NCBI GenBank assembly: GCA_035507155.1
Contig: DATJOK010000126.1
Span: forward strand, 1,409-65,408
Length of the DNA stretch: 64,000 bases
Direction: 5' to 3'
DNA from: Stellaceae bacterium
GTDB taxonomy: Bacteria > Pseudomonadota > Alphaproteobacteria > ATCC43930 > CGMCC-115725
Below the pieces are notes generated by a model, which did not search any database, was not told where the DNA came from, and was given only the letters and a program-made list of their open reading frames with translations. Below, one piece after another: positions 1 through 10,597 of the stretch. Made by a program: the position numbers and the translations under genes. The stretch's first letter is position 1, and each line of letters begins with the position of its first letter.

Positions 1-1452
1 AGCCCGAGCATGCGGGCAAGCGCGCTATGCCGCCGCTCCACCGCCTCGCCGGCCTGCAGCGGCCCGCTCGCTGGCGCCTGCAGCACCAGCGCGCCGCGCT
101 CGACCGAGAGCCTGGCGCGCCGCAGCAGTCCAGGCACGCCCGCAGAGAGGCTGAAGGCGAGACGGAGCGCGGCGCCGGTGATGCGCGCCTCCTCCGCCGA
201 GCGGTCGTCGATGAGGCGCCGCACGATCTCGCGCACGCCGCCCTCGGGCCCGCCGTAGCGCGCGTGGAGCGCGATCGCGAGAAAGGCGCGCTCCGGGTGG
301 TCGAGGCCCGCCGCCGGCATGTAGAGCGCACGGCGGAAGGCCTGCTCGGCGCGGTAGTCCGGGTGATCGTCCCAGGCGACGTCGCCGAGCAGGGCCGCCG
401 CGAACCGCAATCGGCCATAGGGGTCGTTGCGCGGGAAGATCGGCTGCAGCCAGACGTCGATCTCGCCGCCATCGGCACCAAAGCGCGGGTGGTTGGCCGC
501 GATCGCGGCGCAGGCCTCGAGCAGCGGATCGGCGTGGCGCTCGCGCGCCGGCAGCAGGTCGTAGAGGTGGCCCTCGCGCAGACCCAGCGCCGAGAAGACG
601 ATGCGCTTTGGCTCCATCGCCGCCAGGATCCGCAGCAGGATCTCCGCCGCCACCGGCACCACCTCGAGGCGCTTGCGGGAGACGGCGGTGATCTGCTCGA
701 GGGAGCGTCGCGAGAGCCGCGCCACCAGGCCAAGGAAGTCCTCGGCGTCGCGGCGCGACAGCGTATAGGCCTGGATCACGTGGAGGGGATAGCGCGTCTG
801 CTCCATGTGGATGCGCGCGAGCGCGCGCCAGGCGCCGCCCACCGCGTAGAAGGTCTCGCCGCGCCGTTGCGGCAGCCAGCGCAGCGAGCTCACATGGCGG
901 TCGATGGCGGCAGCGAGCCGGCGCTCGTCGCCGTCGACGCTCGCCAGGCGGAACGGCCCGATCGGCAAGGTATCGCCGCGTCCGATGCGCTCGCCGTTGA
1001 GCCGCACCAGCTCCACGCTGCCGCCGCCGAGATCGCCCATCACCCCCCGGGCATCGGGGATGCCGGCGATGACGCCGAGCGCCGAGAGCCGGCCCTCCTG
1101 GTCGCCGGAGAGGATCTTCACGGCAACGCCGGTGCGCCGGCGGATCTCCTTGACGAAGGCGGGACCGTCGCTGGCGTCGCGCACCGCCGCAGTCGCCACC
1201 GCGTCGAGCCGCTTCACGCCGCTGGCGCGCGCCAGCGCCACGAAGCGATCGAGATGGAGCAGCGCGGAGCGCACGCCGTCGGGATTGAGCGTGCCGGTCT
1301 CGCCGAGCTCGCGGCCGAGGCCGCAGAGCACCTTCTCGTTGTAGAGCGGCAGCAGCGCGCGCGCGAGCGCGTCATAGATGACGAGCCGGATCGAATTGGA
1401 GCCAATGTCGATGACCCCGACCGGGCTGCCCCTGCCCGACCGCCGCGCCATT
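1..1452 (-). CDS. ppx: Exopolyphosphatase, Ppx/GppA family (3' end runs off the window)
   Basis: Absent from the ORF track because there is no stop inside the window. The reverse complement from ATG at 1450-1452 reads MARRSGRGSPVGVIDIGSNSIRLVIYDALARALLPLYNEKVLCGLGREL..., carrying the Ppx/GppA N-terminal DIGSNS motif. The frame stays open to position 1. It starts 18 nt downstream of the ppk stop, the classic ppk-ppx arrangement. Confidence 0.85.
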
Positions 1453-1469
1453 ACCGGTGCCGGCATTCC

Positions 1470-3620
1470 CTACTCCGGCGTCGCGGCCCGATCGACGATG
1501 GTGCGCGGCCGCGGCCGCCGCAGCGCCCGGCCGCGGCCGGACAGGCTGGGGTTGGTCATGAAGTAGGTGTGCGCGCTGAAGGCGCCGACGCTGGCCGGCT
1601 CGCGGATATAGGCGCCGCTCGCGTCGAGGCGCCAGCTCTGGGCGGTGTCGCGCAGGTTGGAGACCATGATCTCGTCCAGCACCTGGCGGTGCACGGTCTC
1701 GTTCTCCACCGGCACCAGGGCTTCAACGCGCCAGTCGAAATTGCGCCCCATCCAGTCGGCCGAGCTGATGAAGACCTTGGCCTGCGGCGACGGCAGCCGC
1801 TGGCCGTTGCCGAAGCAGACGATGCGGCCATGCTCCAGGAAGCGACCGACGATGCTCTTGACGCGGATGTTGTCGGAAAGGCCGGGCATGCCGGGCCGGA
1901 GGCAGCAGATGCCGCGCACCACCAGATCGATCTCCACCCCCGCCTGGGAGGCGCGATAGAGCAGGTCGATGATGGCGGGATCGACCAGCGAGTTCATCTT
2001 GGCCCAGATCTGCGCCGGCCTTCCGGCACGGGCATGCTCCACCTCCACCTCGATGAGCTCCATCAGGCGCTTCCTGAGATTGACCGGCGCGAAGGCGATC
2101 TTCTCCAGGCTCGCCGGCGTCGCATAGCCGGTCATGTAGTTGAAGAGCCGCATGGCGTCGCGGCAGAGCGCGGGATCGCAGGTGAAGAAGGAGAGGTCGG
2201 TGTAGACCTTGGCGGTGTCCGGGTGATAGTTGCCGGTGCCGAAATGCACGTAGGAGCGCAGCTCGCCGCCCTCGCGCCGCACCACCAGCGACACCTTGGC
2301 GTGAGTCTTGAGCTCGATGAAGCCGTAGACCACCTGCACGCCCGCGCGCTCGAGATCGCGCGCCCAGCGGATGTTCGCCTCCTCGTCGAAGCGCGCCTTC
2401 AGCTCGACCAGCGCGGTGACCGTCTTGCCGGCCTCCGCCGCCTGGATGAGGGCGCGCACGATCGGGCTGTTGTCGCTGGTGCGGTAGAGGGTCTGCTTGA
2501 TCGCCACCACGGCGGGATCGCGCGCCGCCTGCAGCGCGAACTGCACCACCACGTCGAAGCTCTCGTAGGGATGGTGGACGATGATGTCCTTCTGGCGGAT
2601 CGCCGCGAAGCAGTCGCCGCCGAAGTCGCGGATGCGCTCGGGGAAACGCGGATTGTAGGGCTTGAACAGCAGCTCCGGCCGCTCGCCGATGATCAGTTGG
2701 CGGGTGTCGGAGAGGCCGATCAGGCCGTCGAGCAGGAAGACATCGTCGGCGGAGACGTCGAGGTTCTCGGCGAGGAAGCGCTGCAGATCCTCCGGCATGC
2801 CGGCCTCGACGGCGAGCCAGATGACGTTGCCGCGGCGGCGGCGCTTGAGCGCGCTCTCGAAGAGACGCACCAGATCCTCGGCCTCCTCCTCGATCTCCAT
2901 CTCGCTGTCGCGGACGATGCGGAACATGCCCTGCCCGGCGACCGTGAAGCCGGGAAAGAGCCGGTCGAGGAACAGCGTCACCACCTGCTCCAGCGGCAGG
3001 AAGCGCACCGTGGGGCCGGGCAGCCGCAGAAAGCGGCCGATCGCGCCCGGCAGCAGCAGCAGCGCCTGCATCTGCTTGCCGTCGCCGGGCCGGGTCAGCT
3101 GCAGCGCGAGGCCGATGCCGCGGTTGGCGACGAACGGGAACGGATGGGCCGGGTCGATGGCGAGCGGCGTCAGCACCGGGAAGACATGCGTCATGAAGGC
3201 CGCCTCGAGCCAGGCGCGATCCTCCACCGAGAGGTCCTGCGGCCCGATCACCGAGAAGTCCACCTCGCGGAGCTGCTGACGCACATGGCGCCAGATCTCC
3301 TGCTGGTCGTGCATCAGCTTGCGCGCCCGCTGGTTGATCGCGGCGAGCTGCTGCGCGGGCGTGAGCCCATCCTCGCTCGGCGTCGTGACGCCCGCCACCA
3401 TCTGGCCTTTGAGGCCGGCGACGCGGACCATGTAGAACTCGTCAAGGTTGCTGGCGGAGATCGACAGGAAGCGCAGGCGCTCGAGCAGCGGGTGACCGGC
3501 ATTCTCGGCTTCGCTGATCACGCGCTCGTTGAAAGCGAGCCACGAGAGCTCGCGATTGATGAAGCGCGCCTCGGAATGCAGATCGATCGACGGATGCGCG
3601 ACTGGCAGCGGCTGCGCCAC
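1470..3620 (-). CDS. ppk: Polyphosphate kinase 1
   Basis: 716-aa ORF. The N-terminus [22 protein letters not shown]...[25 protein letters not shown] is the PPK1 N-domain signature. The length is typical and ppx follows. Confidence 0.97.
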   Translation of the reverse strand: MAQPLPVAHPSIDLHSEARFINRELSWLAFNERVISEAENAGHPLLERLRFLSISASNLDEFYMVRVAGLKGQMVAGVTTPSEDGLTPAQQLAAINQRARKLMHDQQEIWRHVRQQLREVDFSVIGPQDLSVEDRAWLEAAFMTHVFPVLTPLAIDPAHPFPFVANRGIGLALQLTRPGDGKQMQALLLLPGAIGRFLRLPGPTVRFLPLEQVVTLFLDRLFPGFTVAGQGMFRIVRDSEMEIEEEAEDLVRLFESALKRRRRGNVIWLAVEAGMPEDLQRFLAENLDVSADDVFLLDGLIGLSDTRQLIIGERPELLFKPYNPRFPERIRDFGGDCFAAIRQKDIIVHHPYESFDVVVQFALQAARDPAVVAIKQTLYRTSDNSPIVRALIQAAEAGKTVTALVELKARFDEEANIRWARDLERAGVQVVYGFIELKTHAKVSLVVRREGGELRSYVHFGTGNYHPDTAKVYTDLSFFTCDPALCRDAMRLFNYMTGYATPASLEKIAFAPVNLRKRLMELIEVEVEHARAGRPAQIWAKMNSLVDPAIIDLLYRASQAGVEIDLVVRGICCLRPGMPGLSDNIRVKSIVGRFLEHGRIVCFGNGQRLPSPQAKVFISSADWMGRNFDWRVEALVPVENETVHRQVLDEIMVSNLRDTAQSWRLDASGAYIREPASVGAFSAHTYFMTNPSLSGRGRALRRPRPRTIVDRAATPE

Positions 3621-3702
3621 TTGGATTCTCCTGGCGGCGTTTATTTATTTCGCGGCATTACAACGGGTTGCGCGGACTGTAGCGCGCATTTATGAAGATG
3701 TT

Positions 3703-4212
3703 ATGGCAGGATTCGCGGCCCCAGGCGAGCGTCGGCTGCTGCTGGTGCGCCACGGCGCTGCCGGCGCCGCCCCCATGGGCGGTAGCGACCGCGACCGGCC
3801 GCTTTCGCCCGTCGGCCGGCAGGGGGTCGAGGACCTCGCAGGCTACCTGCGACAGCATGCCATGACCGCCGACCACGGCCTCTGCTCGCCGGCCCGCCGG
3901 ACCCGCGAGACCATGGAAATCCTAACGGAAAATCAAAACCCTATCGATACCGACTGGAGCGAGGAGCTCTATCTCGCCTCTGCCGGCACGCTCCTCAGCG
4001 CGCTCCGCAACGTGCCGCGGCGGAGCGCTACCGTCCTCCTGGTGGGCCACAACCCGGGCCTGCAGGAGCTCGTCATTGCGCTCGCCGGCAAGGCGGCTCC
4101 CCCGGCCAGTGGCGGCTTTCCGCCCGCGACGCTCGCCGCCTTCGCCGTCGCGGCCCCCTGGTCGGAGCTGGGCCCGGGATCGACCCGGCTCACCCTGTTT
4201 CGGACCCCTTGA
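3703..4212 (+). CDS. Histidine phosphatase family protein (SixA-like phosphohistidine phosphatase)
   Basis: Frame of track ORF 3529..4212. I chose ATG 3703 (MAGFAAPGERRLLLVRHGAAG). The RHG catalytic motif and a later LLVGHNPGL motif are present. The upstream part of the track ORF would run into the ppk start region. Confidence 0.75.
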   Translation: MAGFAAPGERRLLLVRHGAAGAAPMGGSDRDRPLSPVGRQGVEDLAGYLRQHAMTADHGLCSPARRTRETMEILTENQNPIDTDWSEELYLASAGTLLSALRNVPRRSATVLLVGHNPGLQELVIALAGKAAPPASGGFPPATLAAFAVAAPWSELGPGSTRLTLFRTP

Positions 4213-4861
4213 GGCCGAGCACCGCCCGCGCCAGCGGAATGGTGATGCCGCGCTTCTCGCGCAGGGCCGCGGCGTCGAGCTCGGCCACCGCCTGCCGCGC
4301 CGCCGCAAAGCTGCGCTCGATCTGCCTTGCCAGGAAGAGCACCACTTCCTCGCCGACGGTCACCTGACGGTCGGCGAACAGCTTCACCAGCAGCGCCGCC
4401 AGCAGCGGTTCGTCCGGCGCCTCGACTGCCACCGCCGGTGCCGCGACCAGCCGCGAGCGGAGATCCGGCAGCAGGCCCGGCCAGCGCGCCGGCGGCGTCT
4501 GCGCCGTCACCAGCAGATGGCCCCGCCGCTCGGCGAGCAGGTTATGGAGATGGAGGAGCGCCTCCGCCGCCGCCTGCTCGGCGTCGTCCACCACCGCGGC
4601 CTCGGCGGTCCCGAGCTGTGCTGGGACCGTGGCGGTGGCGAGGCTTGCGGCGGCGATCACCGGCGCCCCGCTCCGCGCCGCGAAGACCCGCGCCAGATGC
4701 GTCTTGCCGCAGCCGGCGGGCCCATGGACCGTGAGCGCCGGCGCCGGCCATCGTGGCCAGCGATCGAGCCACTGGATCGCCTGCTGATTGCAGGGCGCCA
4801 CCAGGAAATCCGCCTCCCCCAGCGCCGGGCGGTGACCGAGGTCGAGGACGAACTGGGTCAT
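4190..4861 (-). CDS. hdaA: DnaA regulatory inactivator Hda/HdaA (AAA+)
   Basis: 223 aa with Walker A GPAGCGKTHL. It looks like DnaA domain III without a DNA-binding domain. ATGA start/stop overlap with the upstream perM-like gene; the perM-hda-purMN linkage is conserved in proteobacteria. Confidence 0.85.
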   Translation of the reverse strand: MTQFVLDLGHRPALGEADFLVAPCNQQAIQWLDRWPRWPAPALTVHGPAGCGKTHLARVFAARSGAPVIAAASLATATVPAQLGTAEAAVVDDAEQAAAEALLHLHNLLAERRGHLLVTAQTPPARWPGLLPDLRSRLVAAPAVAVEAPDEPLLAALLVKLFADRQVTVGEEVVLFLARQIERSFAAARQAVAELDAAALREKRGITIPLARAVLGLKGSETG

Positions 4862-5943
4862 CCGTCGCCGCGCCGGGGCCGCGACCGGGCGGGATCATAG
4901 AACTGGCTTGCGAGATACTGCGAGAGGGCGAAGCGCACCAGCACGCCGAGGATCGCCGCGATCGGCACCGCGATCAGCACGCCGAGGAAGCCGAACAGCG
5001 AGCCGAAGGCGAGCAGCGCGAAGATCACCCAGACCGGGTGCAGGTTGACGCGCTCGCCCACCAGCTTCGGCGTCAGCACGTTGCCCTCGACGGTCCAGCC
5101 GACCAGGAACAGCACCACGATGTAGACGATGTTGTGCCACTCGCGGAACTGCGTGAAGGCCAGCAGCATCGAGAGGGCGAAACCGAAGATGCCGCCGATA
5201 TAGGGGATGAAGGCGAAGAGGCCGATGAGCAGGCCGATGACGAGGCCGAAATTGAGGCCGAGGAGCGAGAGCCCGATCGCGTAGTAGATCGCCAGCACCA
5301 CGCAGACGCTGAGCTGGCCACGCAGGAAGCCCGCCAGCGTCTCGTCGATCAGCCTCGCCTGCTCGCGGATCGTCTCGGCTTGCGCGCGCGGCAGCCAGCT
5401 GTCGACGCGCGCCACGATGCGGTCCCAGTCGCGCAGCAGGAAGAACGCCACCACCGGCGTCACGAACACCAGCGAGAGCAGGTTGGCGAGCGCGAGCCCG
5501 CGCGTGAGCAGATCGCGCAGCACGCCCCCCGCCCACCCGACGACGTCGGCGATCTTGCCGCCGACCGCGTCGCGCAGCTTCGCGAGATCCTCGGGCGAGA
5601 GCCGCTCCTGCGCCATCTGCATCAGGCTCTCCGCCTCGTGGCGCGCGGTCGCGATCAGCTGCGGCGTATTGCCGATGAGATCGAGCACCTGACTCTGCAG
5701 GATCGGCACCAGCAGCAGAAAGATCAGCACCAGGATCAGCAGGAACCACAGCAGCACGATGAAGCTGGCGAGGCCGCGCGGCACCTTGATGCGCACCAGC
5801 CGCTCCGCCAGCGGGTCGAGAAAATAGGCGATGGCGAAGCCGGCGACGAAGGGGAGCAGGATCGGGCTGAGGAGCCAGAGCAGCAGGAAGAAGCAGGCGA
5901 GGCCGCCGACCCAGAAGCTGGTATTGCGTTGTGCCGGTGTCAT
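4858..5943 (-). CDS. AI-2E family transporter (PerM/YhhT-like permease)
   Basis: Only the C-terminal 361 aa of track ORF 4858..7701 is real. It starts at ATG 5941-5943 (MTPAQRNTSFWVGGLACFFLLLWLL...). It is multi-TM with the typical ...TPKLVGERVNLHPVWVIFALLAFGSLFGFLGVLIAVP... block. Confidence 0.9.
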   Translation of the reverse strand: MTPAQRNTSFWVGGLACFFLLLWLLSPILLPFVAGFAIAYFLDPLAERLVRIKVPRGLASFIVLLWFLLILVLIFLLLVPILQSQVLDLIGNTPQLIATARHEAESLMQMAQERLSPEDLAKLRDAVGGKIADVVGWAGGVLRDLLTRGLALANLLSLVFVTPVVAFFLLRDWDRIVARVDSWLPRAQAETIREQARLIDETLAGFLRGQLSVCVVLAIYYAIGLSLLGLNFGLVIGLLIGLFAFIPYIGGIFGFALSMLLAFTQFREWHNIVYIVVLFLVGWTVEGNVLTPKLVGERVNLHPVWVIFALLAFGSLFGFLGVLIAVPIAAILGVLVRFALSQYLASQFYDPARSRPRRGDG

Positions 5944-6488
5944 TGCGAGGTCTGCTCCAGGCCGGCGAGCGCGCGGGTCCAGCGCACCAGATATCCGCCG
6001 CCGGATATCACCGTGCTGGCGGCCACGATATAGATGAGCGCTCTGGTCATGAAGCCGGCATCGATGCCGAGGCCGAGGCGGCCCAGCGTCACCGCGGCGA
6101 GGCCGATCTGCAGCACCGTGTTGACCTTGCTGATCGCCAGCGGCTCCGAGCGCATCGCATGCGCCATCGCGTTCACCAGCAGGAACCCGCCGATGATGAG
6201 GAAATCGCGGAACACCACGAGGATGACCAGCCAGGCCGGCAGATGGCCGGCGATGCCGAGGGTGATATAGACGGCGACCAGCAGGCTCTTGTCGGCGATC
6301 GGATCGAGGAGCGCGCCGAGCCGGGTGCGCTGGTCGAAGTGCTTGGCGATGTAGCCGTCGATGCCGTCGGAGATGCCGGCGGCGACGAAGACCCAGAACG
6401 CCCAGGCGAAATCGCTCTCGAGAATGAGCCACACCGCCACCGGCACCGAGAGGAGCCGCGCGAGCGAGATGAAGTTCGGCAGGTTCAA
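5940..6488 (-). CDS. CDP-alcohol phosphatidyltransferase (PgsA-like)
   Basis: 182 aa carrying the family motif DGIDGYIAKHFDQRTRLGALLDPIADK (DGx2ARx8Gx3Dx3D-type). ATGA overlap with the downstream transporter gene. Confidence 0.85.
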   Translation of the reverse strand: MNLPNFISLARLLSVPVAVWLILESDFAWAFWVFVAAGISDGIDGYIAKHFDQRTRLGALLDPIADKSLLVAVYITLGIAGHLPAWLVILVVFRDFLIIGGFLLVNAMAHAMRSEPLAISKVNTVLQIGLAAVTLGRLGLGIDAGFMTRALIYIVAASTVISGGGYLVRWTRALAGLEQTSQ

Positions 6489-6506
6489 GGAGCGCGCCCG
6501 TCGCCG

Positions 6507-7610
6507 CTACTGGGCGGCTGCGCCCTTGGCGGTGAGCGTCCAGTCGGGATCGCCCTGCGCCAGCGTGAGGTCGCGCTGCGACAGCACGAGCTGCAGCTGC
6601 GCGGGATCGCCGACATAGCGGATCTCGACGCGAGCGTCGGTCGGCGTCAGCGACAGCAGCGTCGCGCGCTGGATGGTGGGGATGCTCTGCAGCCGCTCGC
6701 GCACGGTCACCCAGCTCTTGAGGCCGCCGCTCACCGGCACCACCACCACGAGACTCTGGGTGTCGCCCGAGCGCAGCAGCGTCGACTTCTTCCAGGCCTC
6801 GTTGACGTCGGCGATCACCGAGGCCGCCACCCGCGCATAGAGATCGTCGTCGCTCTCGCCGGCGTTCGCGGTCACCGAGCCGACCCAGGTCTGATCCGAG
6901 AAGCCGGCGCCGTAGCGGGCGGTGGTCGTCTGCACCACCCGCTGGTCGCCGCTGCCGGAGAGCGTCGCCTGGGTCATCAGCACGTCGTCGTCGCCGTAGC
7001 GACGGCCGATCGCCGCCAGCGCGTCCTTGTCGCCCTTCACCGCCTGGTCGGCGTCGATCGCCTGCACGTCGGCGAGCTCGCCCAGCGGCACCTGCATCGG
7101 CACCAGCCCGCCCTGCACCACGAGCTTGGTCCAGGCCGCACGCCAGGGATTGGGGTCGTCCCAGAGGAGGCTGCCGCCGCCCGTGGTCAGCACCGGCAGC
7201 ACCACCAGCGGCTTGCTGCGGGTCTCGGTGAAGGGGATGCCCTGGTCCCGCAGCAGGCGGCGCACCGCCTCCGGCCGGAACCGGAAGGTGAGCGTGGCAA
7301 GATAGCGCACTGTCGAGCTGCGCTCGCTGTCGACCTCGAAGTCCTGCACGAGGTCGAAGAGATCGGCATCGCTCACCTTCGGGAGCCGGCTCCAATCCTG
7401 CTGCAGCGTCAATCGCTGGAGGAGCGTGAGGAAGGCGCGTCGTTCGCCGTCGGCGCGCGCAATGTCGCGCGCCTGGACGGCGCTCTGGGAGGTCGCGTCC
7501 ACCGCCACGTTGGAGACGGTGTAAAGCGATGGCAGGCGCGTCTGGCCGTGCGCGGCGAGGCTCAGCAAGCAGCTCGCGGCCAGCAGCAGAAAGCCACGCC
7601 TCAGCATCAT
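6507..7610 (-). CDS. DUF2066-like secreted protein of unknown function
   Basis: Track ORF 6507..7676. I prefer the start at ATG 7610 ([23 protein letters not shown], a signal peptide). Its position divergent from purM and upstream of perM/hda matches the DUF2066 neighbourhood known from other proteobacteria. Confidence 0.7.
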   Translation of the reverse strand: MMLRRGFLLLAASCLLSLAAHGQTRLPSLYTVSNVAVDATSQSAVQARDIARADGERRAFLTLLQRLTLQQDWSRLPKVSDADLFDLVQDFEVDSERSSTVRYLATLTFRFRPEAVRRLLRDQGIPFTETRSKPLVVLPVLTTGGGSLLWDDPNPWRAAWTKLVVQGGLVPMQVPLGELADVQAIDADQAVKGDKDALAAIGRRYGDDDVLMTQATLSGSGDQRVVQTTTARYGAGFSDQTWVGSVTANAGESDDDLYARVAASVIADVNEAWKKSTLLRSGDTQSLVVVVPVSGGLKSWVTVRERLQSIPTIQRATLLSLTPTDARVEIRYVGDPAQLQLVLSQRDLTLAQGDPDWTLTAKGAAAQ

Positions 7611-7699
7611 TGCAAACCGCCTCGGATACAGTATGTTCGCGCGGAACCCGCGGATCGCGCTCCCCCGCGTGGTCATACCTTAGATCTCGCGAGGATGCC

Positions 7700-8776
7700 A
7701 TAAGGAGCCAGAATCACCGCGACCAGTATCGCGAGGCCGGGGTCGATATCGATGCCGGCGATGCCCTCGTCGAGGCGCTGAAGCCGCTCGCAAAATCAAC
7801 CGCCCGCGCCGGCAGCGACGCCGGCCTCGGCGGCTTCGGCGCGCTCTTCGACCTGAAGGCGGCGGGCTACCGGGACCCGCTGCTGGTCGCCACCACCGAC
7901 GGGGTCGGCACCAAGCTCAAGATCGCGATCGAGAGCGGCCGCCATGACACCGTTGGCATCGATCTCGTCGCCATGTGCGTCAACGACCTCGTGGTGCAGG
8001 GCGCCGAGCCGCTGTTCTTCCTCGACTACTTCGCCACCGGCAAGCTCGAGGTCGAGGCCGCGCGCACCATCCTCGCGGGCGTCGCCGAGGCCTGCCGCGC
8101 CACCGGCTGCGCCCTCATCGGCGGCGAGACCGCGGAGATGCCCGGCATGTACGCGAAAGGCGATTACGACCTCGCCGGCTTTGCGGTGGGCGCCGTGGAG
8201 CGCGATCGGGTCATCGACGGCCGCCAGGTCGAGGTCGGCGATCTCGTGCTGGGCCTTGCCGCGAGCGGTCTTCACTCCAACGGCTTCTCCCTGGTGCGCC
8301 ACGTGGTGGAGCGGGCGCATCTCGCCTACGACGTCCCCGCTCCCTTCGCGCCGGGCAAGAGTCTCGGCGAGGCGCTGCTGGCGCCGACGCGGCTCTATGT
8401 CAAAAGCTGCCTCGCGGCGATCGCCGCGGGCGGCGTGCGCGCCCTCGCCCACATCACCGGCGGCGGATTGATCGAGAACATCCCGCGCGTCATCCCCGAT
8501 GCGCTGAGCGTCGAGATCGATGCCCGGAGCTGGACGCTGCCGCCAGTCTTTCGCTGGCTCGCGGAGACCGGCGGCATAGCGCGGAGCGAGCTCGCCCGCG
8601 TCTTCAATTGCGGCATCGGCATGGTGGCGGTGGTGGAGCGCGCCCGCGCCGATGCCATCGAGCAAGCGCTCACCGCCAATGGCGAGACCGTCCACCGCAT
8701 CGGCCGCGTGGTGCCGCGCCCCAAGGACGGCGCCGGCACCATTCTCGTCAACACGGAGAGCGCGTGGCCCGGCTGA
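7700..8776 (+). CDS. purM: Phosphoribosylformylglycinamidine cyclo-ligase (AIR synthetase); start codon uncertain
   Basis: ...[21 protein letters not shown]...[18 protein letters not shown]... is unmistakably PurM. The expected N-terminus lies around 7690-7727, but no in-frame ATG/GTG/TTG/CTG occurs there (see findings). ATA at 7700 is used as a placeholder start. Confidence 0.9.
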   Translation: MRSQNHRDQYREAGVDIDAGDALVEALKPLAKSTARAGSDAGLGGFGALFDLKAAGYRDPLLVATTDGVGTKLKIAIESGRHDTVGIDLVAMCVNDLVVQGAEPLFFLDYFATGKLEVEAARTILAGVAEACRATGCALIGGETAEMPGMYAKGDYDLAGFAVGAVERDRVIDGRQVEVGDLVLGLAASGLHSNGFSLVRHVVERAHLAYDVPAPFAPGKSLGEALLAPTRLYVKSCLAAIAAGGVRALAHITGGGLIENIPRVIPDALSVEIDARSWTLPPVFRWLAETGGIARSELARVFNCGIGMVAVVERARADAIEQALTANGETVHRIGRVVPRPKDGAGTILVNTESAWPG

Positions 8777-9417
8777 AGGTCGCGGTGCTGATCTCCGGTC
8801 GCGGCTCCAACCTGCAGGCGCTGATCGACGCCTGCGCGCGCCCCGAATTTCCCGCCGAGATCCGCCTGGTGATCTCGAACGATCCCGCCGCCGCAGGCCT
8901 CGCACGGGCCTCCGAGGCCGGCATCGTGACGCGCGTCATCCCACACAAGGAGTTTCCCGACCGCGCCGCCTTCGACGGCGCCATCGATCAGGCGCTCGCC
9001 GAAGCCGGCATCGAGCTCGTCTGCCTCGCCGGCTTCATGCGCATCCTCGGCGAGGCCTTCGTCACCCGCTGGCGCGACCGGCTTATCAACATCCACCCGT
9101 CGCTGCTGCCGGCATTCAAGGGGCTGCACAGCCACGAGCGTGTGCTGGCGGCGGGCGTGCGCTTCACCGGCTGCACCGTGCATTTCGTGCGGCCGGCCAT
9201 GGATGACGGCCCGATCATCGTCCAGGCTGCGGTGCCGGTACTGCCTGGCGACGATGCCGAGACGCTCGCCGCCCGCGTGCTCGCGGCCGAGCATCAGGCT
9301 TACCCGCTGGCGCTGCGCTGGATCGCCGAGGGCCGGGTCAGGGTGCGCGAGGATCGCGTCGAGGTGAGCGGCGCCGGGACGATGCTGCCGGCGGCTGTTC
9401 TCAATCCGCCGGGCTAG
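8764..9417 (+). CDS. purN: Phosphoribosylglycinamide formyltransferase
   Basis: GTG 8764 ([23 protein letters not shown]...) in the frame of track ORF 7975..9417. [12 protein letters not shown] and the GCTVHFV motif are present. It overlaps the purM stop, suggesting translational coupling. Confidence 0.9.
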   Translation: MARLKVAVLISGRGSNLQALIDACARPEFPAEIRLVISNDPAAAGLARASEAGIVTRVIPHKEFPDRAAFDGAIDQALAEAGIELVCLAGFMRILGEAFVTRWRDRLINIHPSLLPAFKGLHSHERVLAAGVRFTGCTVHFVRPAMDDGPIIVQAAVPVLPGDDAETLAARVLAAEHQAYPLALRWIAEGRVRVREDRVEVSGAGTMLPAAVLNPPG

Positions 9418-9491
9418 CGAGCCCGCCCCTTGCCAATCGTGGCGCCCGGGGTGTAGGTGTCAAAAAATTGTGCTTCTAGGGGGATTCGGAC

Positions 9492-9614
9492 ATGGCCATC
9501 GATCAGGAACTCGAGCGCCACCGCGAGACGTGGATCGGCTTCACCCGGCTCCTGAAGTGGTCGATCGCCGGGATCATCCTCGTGCTGGTGATCTTGCGGG
9601 TGGCGACGCTCTAG
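9492..9614 (+). CDS. 40-aa membrane micro-protein, aa3-type cytochrome c oxidase subunit IV-like
   Basis: Below the ORF-track size cutoff. ATG 9492 is preceded by GGGGGA. The product MAIDQELERHRETWIGFTRLLKWSIAGIILVLVILRVATL resembles the short bacterial COX4 family (H..ET..GF.....W plus one TM helix). Third codon positions are mostly G/C. Confidence 0.5.
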   Translation: MAIDQELERHRETWIGFTRLLKWSIAGIILVLVILRVATL

Positions 9615-9624
9615 CCTCAGAGGT

Positions 9625-10047
9625 TCAGGGGCAGATCTCGCTGCCGGCGAAGAAGAACGCGATCTCGATCTTCGCGTTCTCGGACGAATCCGATCCGTGC
9701 ACGGAATTGGCCTCGATCGATTCCGCGAAATCCTTGCGGATGGTGTCGGCGGCCGCCTTCTTGGGATCGGTCGCCCCCATGATCTCGCGGTTGAGCGCCA
9801 CCGCGTTCTCGCCCTCGAGCACCTGCACCACCACCGGCCCGGAAATCATGAACTTCACGAGGTCGGCGAAGAACGGCCGCTCCCGGTGGACGGCGTAGAA
9901 CTGCTCGGCCATCGCCTTGGAGAGCTGCAGGCGCTTCTGGGCGACGATCTTGAGACCGCGCTCCTCGAAGCGGGCATTGATCTTGCCGGTCAGGTTCCGC
10001 CGCGTCGCGTCGGGCTTGATGATCGACAAGGTACGCTCGATGGCCAT
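9625..10047 (-). CDS. ndk: Nucleoside diphosphate kinase
   Basis: 140 aa: [35 protein letters not shown]...NSVHGSDS (active-site His). Confidence 0.97.
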   Translation of the reverse strand: MAIERTLSIIKPDATRRNLTGKINARFEERGLKIVAQKRLQLSKAMAEQFYAVHRERPFFADLVKFMISGPVVVQVLEGENAVALNREIMGATDPKKAAADTIRKDFAESIEANSVHGSDSSENAKIEIAFFFAGSEICP

Positions 10048-10132
10048 GGGGCACTCCCTCGGAAAGCACGGGCTGTGAGGGCGCGGTTATAGCGGCCGCG
10101 ACTCGGGCTGGCAATGCAGAGATGTCTGCGGC

Positions 10133-10582
10133 CTATTGCCCGCGCTTCTGCCAGCCGGTCGCCGTCTGCTCCCAATAGGTGAGGGCATGCCCCGCCGCCT
10201 TGGCCGCCGACCAGCGCCGGCGCGCCGCCTCCACCGCCTCGGAGTCCTTGCCGTCGAACATGTCGCAGCAGCGGGCGAAGCCGCCGATGGCGGCACTCTC
10301 GGCGCCATCCACCAGCACCAGCATGGTGGCGTCGTTGGGGTTCTCGTCGGCAGCGGTGAGGAAGATCGGCTGGCGCGACGCATTGGCGTCGCGCTGGCTG
10401 CCATGCGGCAGGAAGCTCGCCTCGTTGTAGGTCCAGAGCAGGCCGTCGAGATAGGCGACGCGCTCGGGCGAGCCCGCCATCACCACGATGCGGTGGCCGC
10501 CGGCATGGGCGCGCTCCAGCAGCTGCGGCAGCGCCCGCTCCAGCGGCGTTGCCAGCAGGTGATAGAAACCGATCTCGGTCAT
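10133..10582 (-). CDS. holC: DNA polymerase III subunit chi
   Basis: 149 aa starting MTEIGFYHLLATPLERALPQLLERA.... It lies directly downstream of pepA, as in E. coli pepA-holC. Confidence 0.85.
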   Translation of the reverse strand: MTEIGFYHLLATPLERALPQLLERAHAGGHRIVVMAGSPERVAYLDGLLWTYNEASFLPHGSQRDANASRQPIFLTAADENPNDATMLVLVDGAESAAIGGFARCCDMFDGKDSEAVEAARRRWSAAKAAGHALTYWEQTATGWQKRGQ

Positions 10583-10597
10583 CGAGCCGCCTTCGGC

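Noticed and set aside
27-3695. 1222-aa plus-strand ORF, the longest in the track
   Set aside because: It is antisense to ppx and ppk, which both show unmistakable family motifs on the minus strand. Its translation is Arg/Ala/Gly/His/Asp-rich low-complexity sequence, typical of non-coding frames in high-GC DNA.
3621-3702. AT-richer ppk/sixA divergent region examined for a Pho box
   Set aside because: No pair of CTGTCAT-like direct repeats with the expected 11-bp phasing could be found. Only a single ctgtag occurs.
4190-4212. Convergent 3' overlaps (sixA-like/hdaA 23 nt; rsmA/panB 13 nt at 24976-24988; cfa/ligase 4 nt at 37145-37148; tube/GST 4 nt at 48026-48029) considered as possible antisense regulation
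   Set aside because: Such short convergent overlaps are common in compact high-GC genomes. Nothing else, such as extra hairpins or promoters, supports a regulatory role.
4858-7701. 947-aa minus-strand ORF that looks like one giant protein
   Set aside because: Only its last 361 codons (the AI-2E transporter) are coding. The upstream part runs out of frame through the PgsA-like and DUF2066 genes, which have clean motifs in their own frames.
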